Program-made: the position numbers and the translations under genes
Assembly (NCBI GenBank): GCA_963790475.1
Contig: CAWBOS010000010.1
Coordinates: forward strand, 1,856,001-1,920,000
From: an uncultured delta proteobacterium
GTDB taxonomy: Bacteria; Desulfobacterota; RBG-13-43-22
Direction: 5' to 3'
Length of the DNA stretch: 64,000 bases
Notes under the pieces: generated by a model
Told to the model about the DNA's origin: nothing
Database searches by the model: none
Seen by the model: the letters and a program-made list of their open reading frames with translations, nothing else
Shown here: positions 1-9,501 of the stretch, piece by piece
Numbering within the stretch: the first letter of the stretch is position 1
Layout of the letters: the number at the start of each line of letters is the position of its first letter

Positions 1-388
1 TCAGGCCTTGAATGACGTGGCTCGACTCGTTATCCAGATAAAGGCCCCGCAGATCCCCCGCCAGATTGGCTACATATTCCCTTGATCCGAAACCGATGAA
101 GGTGTCCGAGCGGTCCTCTCTTAAGAACATCCCATAATAGCCGGCGGTGTGGAGTGCTTGTATTAAATCGGCCATCCGGGCATACTGGGGGGAGAAAAGG
201 ATTTCGAACAAGCCCGTCTCTCCTCCGGAAAGGGAACGGAAACCGCAAACCCGGCATTCCTCCACCTGGACATTGGGAATACGGACAACGGACCCTTCGA
301 TAGTTATGTCCTGGGCCGTTTTAACCGTTATTAAAAAGCCTTCCTCACAACGGGGGCAGATTTCATTTTGCGGCTTTGACTCATCCAT
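1..388 (-). CDS. Protein with N-terminal YgiT/MqsA-type zinc finger (partial, runs off left edge)
   Basis: Manual translation from ATG 388: MDESKPQNEICPRCEEGFLITVKTAQDITIEGSVVRIPNVQVEECRVCG... with two CxxC motifs; frame stays open to position 1; not in the ORF track. Confidence 0.7.
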   Translation of the reverse strand, partial: MDESKPQNEICPRCEEGFLITVKTAQDITIEGSVVRIPNVQVEECRVCGFRSLSGGETGLFEILFSPQYARMADLIQALHTAGYYGMFLREDRSDTFIGFGSREYVANLAGDLRGLYLDNESSHVIQGL

Positions 389-398
389 GGAAGACGTC

Positions 399-1610
399 CT
401 AAGTTTCAATGTTTTTTTGGGTCTCCAGCAGTTTTTCATGCTGGAGGGTCAACCGGTAAAGTCGTTCGGATAAGATAACCGCGATATTTTTTATGAGCTT
501 GTAAGGGGCCGTGAGGTTGGCCTCCAACAACTCATTGAACAGGTCCTGGTCGATTTCAATCAACTTGCAGGCCTTAGCCGCGACAACGGTCATGGACCTC
601 GGCACATGAAGCAGGAAGGCCACTTCCCCCAACACCGAACCGCGGCCGATCTTCTGGTGCCAGGAACCCGGTCTTGAATAGTGGCCCCGCCGGACCTCCA
701 CCTCCCCCTCCAAGATCAGGTAGATATTTTCTCCAATAGTCCCTTCCCGGAGGATGACTTCTTCCGGTTCAAATTCAATGGTCTTGGCCGTTTTCAACAG
801 CAAGAATATCTCGGCCGGTTTCAGGCCATGGAAAATCTCAAATTCCTTGGCCTCGTCCCGTTCGGATTGGGTCACTTCCTGAGGTACCAGCCACTGCAAA
901 TAACCGGTACGCTGGTATTTACGGATGCGGTCGGGAAGGACTTCATTCCAATACTTGTTGAAGGTATAGCCCTCGTAATTTTTCTTCAGGGTAGTCCCCG
1001 GATCGATCAGGACGAATTGGGTCGGATCCTTAAACTTTCCCCCCTCACTCAGCACATAAATGTTGTTTGGGCTGACGCTGACTTTGCAATCCGGCCTTTT
1101 TTTGAATAATTCCAGGAGTCGATTTAAAAAATTTTCCAGACCTTCCAGAATCAATTGTTGACTTTTAACCGACAAGTCGTTGAAACGCAGATAGAGGCTG
1201 GTAATGGATTCCCCCTCCACAAACTCCTTGATGCAAAAGCGGCCAAGAGGATCCAGGTGATAAATTCGCGGGACATAAACCTGTTCGGAAAGAAAAAAAT
1301 CCGTAGTCATGGCCTCTTCCAGGAGACGCTCCCGACAGACCGGTTGCTGCTTGGCTACCTTGAGGCACAATGGCCCCGGGGCTTCCGAAAGGGACAGGGA
1401 ATGGGAACGCAGAGGATAGACAATGCCGCGGTCCCCCTCCCCCAGGGGAGGAAGACTGATCCCCAAATGGACCCCGCCATAGGCTTGATCGATTTTCTTA
1501 ATACCGGAGTCGGTGGCCTGCTGCAAGGCATCAAAAAAAATGACCGCCTGTTCTTCCAATTCCGGGGCTTCGATAGATTTAAGGAGTTTCTTATCCAAGG
1601 CCATAGGCAC
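399..1610 (-). CDS. Protein kinase-like (probable pseudokinase) domain fused to C-terminal cyclic-nucleotide-binding domain
   Basis: LGEGDRGIVY Gly-loop, LKVAK, SPNNIY, LIDPG; C-terminal LREGTIGENIYLILEGEVEV...LGEVAFLLHVPRSMTV cNMP signature. Confidence 0.75.
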   Translation of the reverse strand: MPMALDKKLLKSIEAPELEEQAVIFFDALQQATDSGIKKIDQAYGGVHLGISLPPLGEGDRGIVYPLRSHSLSLSEAPGPLCLKVAKQQPVCRERLLEEAMTTDFFLSEQVYVPRIYHLDPLGRFCIKEFVEGESITSLYLRFNDLSVKSQQLILEGLENFLNRLLELFKKRPDCKVSVSPNNIYVLSEGGKFKDPTQFVLIDPGTTLKKNYEGYTFNKYWNEVLPDRIRKYQRTGYLQWLVPQEVTQSERDEAKEFEIFHGLKPAEIFLLLKTAKTIEFEPEEVILREGTIGENIYLILEGEVEVRRGHYSRPGSWHQKIGRGSVLGEVAFLLHVPRSMTVVAAKACKLIEIDQDLFNELLEANLTAPYKLIKNIAVILSERLYRLTLQHEKLLETQKNIET

Positions 1611-1615
1611 CTCTA

Positions 1616-2847
1616 TTAGGATGGATTTTTCATCCCTTCCTCTTTTTCAGCCCGCCAACCCAAAAAAAATACCACCGCTCCCAAAAGAGGGAAAATTCCC
1701 AGCCAGCCAAAAAGAGTACGGGCCGAAACGTTAAAAGAATTGACTAATAAATACACGGCTGCAATAGCCGTCAGTCCGAAAATGCGGCTGCCGAAACTGG
1801 TGGTGGATTTGGCCCTCCCCTGAATGTGGGCATCGGAATAACGATTGATGATGGAATCAATCCCCACCGCCTCGGAGGCCTGGCCGGCCCCCACCATGGC
1901 CCCCACCAGGCAGGCCAGGATTACGTCATTAACCAGGTTGAACCCGAAAAAGGACAACCCGATGACGATCAGGGACACCCCGGTGAGGAAAAAGGTGGAA
2001 CGATAGGCAAAAAAGAAGGGGATCACCAGGGCGGTAACCACGACCTTGCCGGCCGATTGGGCCGATTCGAAATAACCGTAGGCCGACAGACCTTTGGCGA
2101 TATGGGCCAAATAGACCACGGAAAGGACGGAAAAAGAACCGCGGGCCATCGCCACCAGGGATCGACCGATCAATAACAACCGCAAAGGCTTGTTAGCCCA
2201 GGTGTACCGCAGACCCTCTCTTTGACTGGCCCAATAGGACTTTTTGCGGACTTTTTGATAATCGATGACCGATTCCCCGGCCAGGTGAAGCCGGGAGACC
2301 AGAAAGAAAGAAATAAAGAAAAAAAACGGTCCCCATAAGACCGCTATTTTAAACCCCAGCCAGCCGGCCACCAGACTGGCCAGCGCATAACCCGCTGATA
2401 TTGCTGAAATGGTTGGCCGCATCAATCTGGGATAAAACCTTGGTCCCTTCCTTGAACCGGGAAATTGACTTTAACCACCTTGTCCGCCGCTGGCTTAAAA
2501 AAAATAAAGACAAAATCACCTAAAAAAGATAAAACCAGATAAACCGGGTAGGGATATCCCCACAGCACCGCCGCCACCAGGAGCAGGCTTAAAAATGTCC
2601 GCAGCAGATCAGCGGCCATCAGTGAGGTGCGAATGCGCATTTTGTCAATAAAAGGGCCGGATATGGCATTGATGAGGATTTCACAGACATAACGGAAAAC
2701 CAGGACCAGACCGGCGATCATGGGGTCCTTGCTTTTTGAGGCCACCAGCAGAACTGACAGAATGCGTAAGAAGCCGTCCCCGATCCGGGTGAACACCCGG
2801 CTGGAAATCAGAATGATAAAATCTTTCCGGACAGTGGAGGGTTCCAT
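1616..2847 (-). CDS. MFS transporter (DHA3-like), split by frameshifts near 2400-2455
   Basis: ORFs 2422-2892 and 1616-2425 are hydrophobic halves; GPFIDKMRIRTSL resembles MFS motif A; two apparent +1 insertions would restore the frame. Confidence 0.7.
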
Positions 2848-2910
2848 GGGCACTTGTCGATAATGTATAACAAACCCCGAACCGGGAGTCAATACGATAT
2901 ATACGGAAGT

Positions 2911-2939
2911 TTGACTTTAACAAATCCTGGGCGTATAAT
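2911..2939 (+). promoter_or_regulatory. Sigma70-type promoter of the cyclase gene
   Basis: TTGACT-17 nt-TATAAT, 28 nt upstream of ATG 2968. Confidence 0.7.
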
Positions 2940-2967
2940 ATAATTCAACCTTTAATCAAAGAACCCT

Positions 2968-4602
2968 ATGGCCTATCAACTACTGATCACGCCTTCCGTC
3001 GGTAAGCGCTGGACTTACGTCCTGGAAAAAACCTTGGTGAAGATCGGACGGACCAACCACTGCGAGGTGGTCATCAACGATCAATTGGTTTCCCGGGAAC
3101 ATTGCCAGTTGCAGTTGAAGTCCGAGGGACTTTTTTTAGAGGATTTAAACAGCGTTAACGGGACCCTGGTCAACAATCAGCGCATCACCCGGGTCTTGCT
3201 GCATCCCGGAGATAAGATTCGTCTGGGGCTTTCAGATATTCTTTTGGAGGGGTACCAGGAGAAGGAAACTGCCCCGTCTACCCAATTCACCAAGCCCAAA
3301 GAACCCCGGCCGGAGCCGGCGAAAAAACCTGAACCTGGGATTTCAATAGAAAAAAAACCTGAACGCATCCGAGAACCTGCCCCGCTGCAGCCGAAAAGAT
3401 CCGAAATGGGGCAGCCCGACGAATTAAAAAAACCCAGGAAACCCGAGGCTGCTGTTCCCCGAGGTCCTGAGCCCGCTCCTATCCCCTTGGTTTCCAAAAA
3501 CCAGGAACCACCAACCCTCTTGGTCGTCCATCCGGAATGCTCGCAGATTGAACACCTGCTGGCCCCCCTGGCGGCTTCCGGGGTGGTGATCCAACGGACG
3601 TCGGATAGCCGTCAAATCCACTCCATCTTAGAAAAATCCCCGCCGGACTGCATTCTGCTCGGCATTCAAACGGAAGCCACCCTGAATGTCTGCCAGGAAA
3701 TAAAGTCCCGCCCGAACGCTGGTCCAATTGTGTTGTTGATTCAAGAAGAATCCTGGCAGGACCTGTACCCCCTGATCCAAGCCGGGGTGGACGAGGTGCT
3801 TCGCCAACCGGACCCCACTGAATTGCAAGTTCGTCTCCGGAATATGCTGGAACTGCACCGCTTACGAAAGGAAGCTACCTCCTTAAACTCTCAAATGGAA
3901 AAGCGGGTCAGTGCGGATGTATCCGAAGCCGAACGCATCACCCGGCTGAAAAGGTATCTTTCTCCACAGGTAGTGGCCGCGGTCTTATCCGGGGATGAAT
4001 CCCACGTCCTCAAGCCTACCCGTCAGGAGGTGTCCATCGTCTTTTCCGACCTTCGAAACTTTACCCATTTCTCGGAGACCTCTGAACCGGAAGAAATTAT
4101 GGCCATGCTGGGTGACTTCCATGGCCTTTATGGTGAGATTATTTTTCAATATGACGGGACTCTGGAGCGTTTCGCCGGAGACGGGGTCATGGTCTTTTTT
4201 GGGGCCCCGGTCCGTTTTAAAGATCATGCCTCCCGGGCAGTGGCCATGGCCGTGGCCGCCCGGGAACGATTGGTCGACCTGCGCAAGAAATGGAAGAAAT
4301 TAGGCTATGCCCTGGATATTTCATTCGGGATTTCAACCGGATATGTTTTTGTGGGCAATATCGGGTTCGAGGGACGGATGGACTACGCCGCCATTGGGAA
4401 GACCACCAACCTGGCTGCCCGGTTGTGCGCCGCGGCCAAGGGGGGTGAAATTCTGATAAGCCGCAAGACCCTTTTTCAGGTGGAGGACCTGGTGGAGGTG
4501 GAAGAGACCGGAGCCTTGGAAGTGAAAGGCTTCAGCGAACCGGTTATGGCCTATAATGTGCTTCGCCTTAAAGCCCCCTTCACCCCTACCCCTGTTGACT
4601 AA
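2968..4602 (+). CDS. FHA domain + Pro/Glu/Lys linker + degenerate receiver domain + class III adenylate/guanylate cyclase
   Basis: FHA KIGR...VSREH...DLNSVNGT; REC-like PDCILLGI; cyclase FSDLRNFT, ERFAGDG, DYAAIGKTTNLAARL, VKG. Confidence 0.9.
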   Translation: MAYQLLITPSVGKRWTYVLEKTLVKIGRTNHCEVVINDQLVSREHCQLQLKSEGLFLEDLNSVNGTLVNNQRITRVLLHPGDKIRLGLSDILLEGYQEKETAPSTQFTKPKEPRPEPAKKPEPGISIEKKPERIREPAPLQPKRSEMGQPDELKKPRKPEAAVPRGPEPAPIPLVSKNQEPPTLLVVHPECSQIEHLLAPLAASGVVIQRTSDSRQIHSILEKSPPDCILLGIQTEATLNVCQEIKSRPNAGPIVLLIQEESWQDLYPLIQAGVDEVLRQPDPTELQVRLRNMLELHRLRKEATSLNSQMEKRVSADVSEAERITRLKRYLSPQVVAAVLSGDESHVLKPTRQEVSIVFSDLRNFTHFSETSEPEEIMAMLGDFHGLYGEIIFQYDGTLERFAGDGVMVFFGAPVRFKDHASRAVAMAVAARERLVDLRKKWKKLGYALDISFGISTGYVFVGNIGFEGRMDYAAIGKTTNLAARLCAAAKGGEILISRKTLFQVEDLVEVEETGALEVKGFSEPVMAYNVLRLKAPFTPTPVD

Positions 4603-4779
4603 AAAAACCTGACTCTGTTTATCATGCCCCCCATATGGGTCAACCCTGACCGGATGGTCCCTTCGATCAATCCGACGATATCTTCTCTTCTGATTATAAG
4701 AAAACTGCTTGGAATTTTTTTTAAGATCAGGTAATCTATTTTGGGGTCGGATCAATGCATCTCAATAAGGAGGCCCAAA

Positions 4780-5043
4780 TTGAAAAAAGTTACAATCATA
4801 ACCCTAATGTTTATTTTTTTTCTATGTTCAGCCTTTTCTTTTTGTTACGCAACGAGCGATCAAACTCCCGGGAATTCTCTAAAGGGAACTCAGATTGCCG
4901 ACAAGAAGGAGAGACATGAAAAAATTGAAGAGTTGCAAGAAAAGATCAAGCAGTTGAAAGAGGATAAGGAGAAGATAGAAAAAGAAATTCAAGAAAACGA
5001 AAAGGAATTGAGGGAACTTAGACATCATCATCACAAATCCTAA
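4780..5043 (+). CDS. Small secreted coiled-coil protein with HHHH tail
   Basis: AGGAGG RBS then TTG; signal-peptide-like N-terminus; E/K-rich heptads. Confidence 0.6.
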   Translation: MKKVTIITLMFIFFLCSAFSFCYATSDQTPGNSLKGTQIADKKERHEKIEELQEKIKQLKEDKEKIEKEIQENEKELRELRHHHHKS

Positions 5044-5191
5044 GGTTAATTTTCCAAAAGCCGACCCCTTAAACAGGTTGTAAGACCCCAAAATATCCGG
5101 AAACGGTTTTATGTTGGGGGCGTTATCTATATAGACTTTTCCTGCACCGTCATTTATTTTTATTTTGGAGTATTCAGAATAAAATTTACCT

Positions 5192-6705
5192 ATGGCCAAA
5201 CCCATCCCTGTTGATCAAGAAGACATCGGGCTCCATTCTTTCCTGAAGGCCGTTGGGCCTTTTCGAGGTTTATCCGACCGGGAAATCAGCTCGCTGGCCG
5301 CCTTGGCCAAGCGACTGGAATATAGGTGCCGGTGAGTACATCTTTCAGGCCGGAGATCTGGGGGATGCCCTATTCATCATTGAAGAAGGCCTTTGCAGTC
5401 TGGAGATTGCCGGAAGGACGGTCAAACGCCTGAATCCCGGAGACCTCTTTGGTGAGATTGCCGTCATTGATACCCTGCCCCGAACGGCCTCAGTCAGGGC
5501 CGCCCAGACCTGTAGGCTCCTCTGTTTTCAAGCCGGAGATCTGGAAAATGAAAAGAAAATTAATCCATCCAGTTATATTAAAATCCTGAAGGCCTTAGCC
5601 CGTCAGATCACCTCTTATGTCCGTTCCGGGGATGATCTCTACCAGGAGATGGACTGCCTGCTGGTCCAGGACGGTGGTTGTGCTCCGGGATATGACAGCG
5701 TCACCGGTTTCCTGACCTATTTTCTGGAAGAAGCCGGACATCAGGTCTTTATGGCCCGGGAGGGTTTCAAATCCCTGGTCAGCGGCCAGGCCGGGGACTT
5801 TTGCTGTCTGATCAATGACCAGGACCTTTACCAGAAGATGGAAAACCTGCACCTGCCCGGGGTTATTTACACTCCGCCTCTGCGCGAAGCCCGAGGGGCC
5901 AGTTTCCGGACCGAACGCTACCCGGAATTTCTGAAGCCGGAAAATCAAAAATTGGCCTGCCCAAAATCTGATTGCCCGGCGGATTCGTATCTTGATCGGA
6001 ATAGGGGGCAATGGGACCTTCAGCGGCCTCAAGGCCTTAAGTCTGCTCCTGCCGGCTTCCGTCAAGGTTTTTTTTATCCCGGTCACCATTGACAGTGATA
6101 TTTTCGGTACTGAATGTATCGGCGAACATACCGGCGTCCAGGTGGGTTCGGAAAAGATCCTCTCCTATCTGGCCGATGCCCGTACCCACCACCGGATCTA
6201 TATTATCGAGATGATGGGGGCGGAAGGAGGTTATCATGCCCTTCATTCCTGTCTGGGGGCCGGTGCCGATCTGGCGGTCCTGCCCTCTTCCCGTTATGAT
6301 CCCAGCCAGGTGGCCGAAGCCCTCAATCACAAAGTATCGGCGGTTATTGTTGTCGCTGAGGGTTATAAAAGGGAAGAACGTAAAAAGGCCGGATATAAAG
6401 GGAATGCCGCTGAATACTTCCGCGATGAGTTGCAAAAAGCCGGTCTGCGAACCCGGCGACGGGTCGTTTGTGAGGGTTTTTCCAGGGATATCCGGGGGGC
6501 GGCCCCCAACTACCGGGATATTACCCTGTCGCAAAGAATGGCCCGTCAATTGACCCGTCTGCTTCAGGAAGGGAAGAACCAGGTGATGCCGGCGATCCTG
6601 GCCGGGCAGGAATATGCCATCCCCTTTGAGGAAATCCGCACCGATAATTCCGTTGAATCCGGTCTGGCCGACCTATCCAATCGTCTGACAAATAAAGATG
6701 AGTGA
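5192..6705 (+). CDS. cNMP-binding domain fused to divergent 6-phosphofructokinase (PfkA fold); two frameshifts (about 5325, about 5960)
   Basis: ATG 5192 MAKPIPVD...FRGLSDREI; FGEIAVIDTLPRTASV; PFK motifs DGGCAPG, GIGGNGT, PVTIDSDI, EMMG, VVAEG. Confidence 0.8.
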
Positions 6706-6829
6706 TAAGGCCTAACCCCATTCATGCTACCGCTGGTTTTCAGGTGATTAGACCAGGACCTCCCGTCCCTCCGGTTCATAAGGATGGATTGGTCCGGGGG
6801 AACATTTGATTTGAGAAAGGCTGATATAC

Positions 6830-7642
6830 ATGAAAAAAAGAATTTTACTCATTCCTTGGTTTTTATTACTGAACCTCTTTTTATGGTCCTCCTCGGTCTG
6901 GGCGGTCCCCTTATCTTTGGATCAAAACATCAAAGCCATTTTGGCCAAGCAGGAAGGTTCAGGTCAAGGGTTTGATTTTGTGGTCATCGGTGATAACCGG
7001 GATGGAGCGGAAGTATATAATCGATTATTAAATCATGCCAAGGCCTTTAAGCCTTTTTTTATCCTCAACACGGGGGATTTTGTCCGGGAAGGACAGGTCT
7101 TTGAATATGAAAATTATATAAAGCAGATCGCTCCGTTTGATATCCCCATCCTGCATCTCCCGGGAAACCATGACGTCCGTTATGGATCGGAAACCTATCG
7201 TAAATACGTAGGGGAGCTTAATTGGGTATTTGACCTGAGTGGTTTTCGCATTATCGGCCTTGATAATGCCACGGGAAAATTCACCGAGGAGACAGTGGCC
7301 TTCGCCCGGGAAAACCTGACCAGCCAAAAACCCTGCCTGGTGGCCTTCCATATACCCCCGGCCATCGGGCGGTGGACTGTGCATGCCATGATCGATGACC
7401 AAAAGGGAGGGCATGGCGGCGAGGTGATGGATTTAATCAAAGGAGCTAAAGTGCCCATGGTTTTTATGGGACATATTCATCTCTATGACGAAATGGACAT
7501 CGCCGGCACTAAATATGTTATCAGCGCCGGGGGAGGGGCAAGGCTTTACGGTAAATATAATTTCGGAAAACCGGAGTTCGGTTTTGTCCTGGTCCGGGTA
7601 AGACCCACGGGGATTACCCATCAATGGGTACCCCTGGATTAA
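6830..7642 (+). CDS. Secreted calcineurin-like metallophosphoesterase
   Basis: Signal peptide; GDNR, TGDFV, PGNHD, GHIH motifs. Confidence 0.85.
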   Translation: MKKRILLIPWFLLLNLFLWSSSVWAVPLSLDQNIKAILAKQEGSGQGFDFVVIGDNRDGAEVYNRLLNHAKAFKPFFILNTGDFVREGQVFEYENYIKQIAPFDIPILHLPGNHDVRYGSETYRKYVGELNWVFDLSGFRIIGLDNATGKFTEETVAFARENLTSQKPCLVAFHIPPAIGRWTVHAMIDDQKGGHGGEVMDLIKGAKVPMVFMGHIHLYDEMDIAGTKYVISAGGGARLYGKYNFGKPEFGFVLVRVRPTGITHQWVPLD

Positions 7643-7663
7643 TATTCCGTCGGGAACCCCCCT

Positions 7664-8198
7664 TTATTTGGGAATACTTATCTTCCGGGTAAATATCCAA
7701 TTGTCCGCCAAAAGATGACAGCCGTTACAATTGGCAAAGGACCCTATTGATTTCTTTTGAAAAACATCGGAAGATATTTTTCGGTGCTTTTTCAGGATGT
7801 AAGGAATCTCGGTAATGCGTAAGGGGCATATTGCTTCCGAGGCTTTCCATTATTTTCTGTGGTATTTTAGAGTTGGAACTTTCAGCCCCGTTCTCTTTAA
7901 GATAAAGGGCGATAAGGTTTTTAGTTTTTTGGTCTATCTCCAGAGTTCCTCCGAAATGTTTTTCCGTCGAACCTAACAGCTTTTCCCAGGAACCGGAAGG
8001 TAAAAATTCGGGCGGATAGGGCATATGGCATTGTCCGCATGTCTTCTTATAAGTCGAGGCCGGATCAATCCCAGAACTCAGCGCTTCTTTTGTCCCATTT
8101 GGACTGACCTGATTTCCGGTTGCACTTAAACAGGCCGAACTACCCATTAACACAGCCAGGAACAACAGCACAAAAAATGATTTTTCAGGAATGGTCAT
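7664..8198 (-). CDS. Diheme cytochrome c (DHC), frameshifted near 7825
   Basis: CGQCH...YPPEFLPSGSW...HFG; removing one base from a CCCC run gives LRITEIPY...KH...SFANCNGCH and a stop at 7664. Confidence 0.8.
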
Positions 8199-8349
8199 TT
8201 CCCCTCCCCGGGGGGCTCTCCTAAAAAGGGTTCCCTCTGACGATGGTCATGAGGTTCCACCTTTTCAAAGCCCCTTTTTTTGATGTAAGAAACTAAACTA
8301 TATAATAAGAAAAATCAATCACCAAAAAAACCACCCCGGGCTTTTCCCC

Positions 8350-8378
8350 TTGACCCCTCGCCGGGCTTCTTTTATACT
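8350..8378 (+). promoter_or_regulatory. Sigma70-type promoter (copy 1 of a repeated promoter module)
   Basis: TTGACC-17-TATACT. Confidence 0.55.
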
Positions 8379-8544
8379 CTTTTCATCAAAAAAACATCGA
8401 AGTCCGGGGTCAGTCCTTTCCGCAGTAGACAGGACATTCCTTGTCCCGAATCCGTTGCCTGATCGGGGATTCGGCAACATACCGGACTTTACCCGGACAG
8501 GGGGCGGGGGAAAAGTCCGTCTAAACCCATACCTAATAACGACC

Positions 8545-9315
8545 ATGAAAAATAGAAAAATCAACATTGATTTGCTTTTCCTCGGCTCGGGCAATGCCTT
8601 CGCCCCAGGACGGGCCTATGGAAGTTTCCTGGTAGATGAGCGGATTCTTTTCGAAGCCACCCCTACCACTTTACCGGCCCTCAAGGAACTAAACATACCT
8701 CTGGAGGATATCCAGTACATCTTCATCAGCCATTTTCACGGCGATCATTGCTTCGGACTGCCCTTTATCTTCCTCGATCATTATTTTATCACCAAGCGAA
8801 AAAAGCCCTTGACGATCATCGGCCCGAAAGGCCTTAAGAAACTCTCTTATACCCTCATAGACCTGGCCTTCCCCGACACCCGGAAGCGTTATTCCCGGAA
8901 ATTTCCGTTGAAAATTTTAGAGGTAAGCCCCGGCAAAGAATACTCCCTCAAGACAATGACTTTCAAGGTTTTTAAAATGTCTCATGGAAAGACATACAAC
9001 CTGGGGTTCAGTCTGACTTATAAGAAAAAACGGCTGTTCTATTCCGGCGACACGGGGCCAAGTCCTTCCCTGTTGGAACTCCTACAGGGCGCGAATATCG
9101 TTGTTTTAGAAATGACCTCCATTGACGACGATTACCCCTTCCATCTCAACCAGGAAAATATTTTGGAAATCAGAAAGCAGCTCCCACCTGAGACCCGATT
9201 GATCCTCACCCACCTCCCGGCCTTTACCAGGAAACAGGCGAAGGCCCTGGAACAGAATCCTTATGGAGTCCTTCTACCGGCCGAGGATAGGCGGCGCTAT
9301 AAATTCAATCTGTAA
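8545..9315 (+). CDS. Metallo-beta-lactamase-fold hydrolase, RNase Z/phosphodiesterase-like
   Basis: FLGSG, SHFHGDH, YSGDTG, LTH; likely start ATG 8545. Confidence 0.85.
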   Translation: MKNRKINIDLLFLGSGNAFAPGRAYGSFLVDERILFEATPTTLPALKELNIPLEDIQYIFISHFHGDHCFGLPFIFLDHYFITKRKKPLTIIGPKGLKKLSYTLIDLAFPDTRKRYSRKFPLKILEVSPGKEYSLKTMTFKVFKMSHGKTYNLGFSLTYKKKRLFYSGDTGPSPSLLELLQGANIVVLEMTSIDDDYPFHLNQENILEIRKQLPPETRLILTHLPAFTRKQAKALEQNPYGVLLPAEDRRRYKFNL

Positions 9316-9337
9316 AGGCCCGTGTTCTCTTTTCTCC

Positions 9338-9367
9338 TTGACTCCTCGCCCTGGCTGATTTTATACT
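9338..9367 (+). promoter_or_regulatory. Sigma70-type promoter (copy 2) upstream of glgP
   Basis: TTGACT-18-TATACT. Confidence 0.5.
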
Positions 9368-9501
9368 CAAGCAGTTCTAAAATGATTCACAATCGCCGGG
9401 CCAACGGTTTCCCCGATTGCAAAGCAAAACCTTCGAGCCTTATGGAAACAGGCTCTCCACTCCTGAAGAGGCTGTAAAAAGAGGATCTTCCCCAAAAAAG
9501 C

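Noticed and set aside
6830-7642. Metallophosphoesterase as the cytoplasmic cAMP phosphodiesterase CpdA
   Set aside because: It carries a signal peptide, so it is probably periplasmic; substrate cannot be inferred
8350-8544. N-terminal extension of the MBL hydrolase from TTG 8350
   Set aside because: That TTG is the -35 hexamer; the region looks like a structured leader and family similarity begins at ATG 8545
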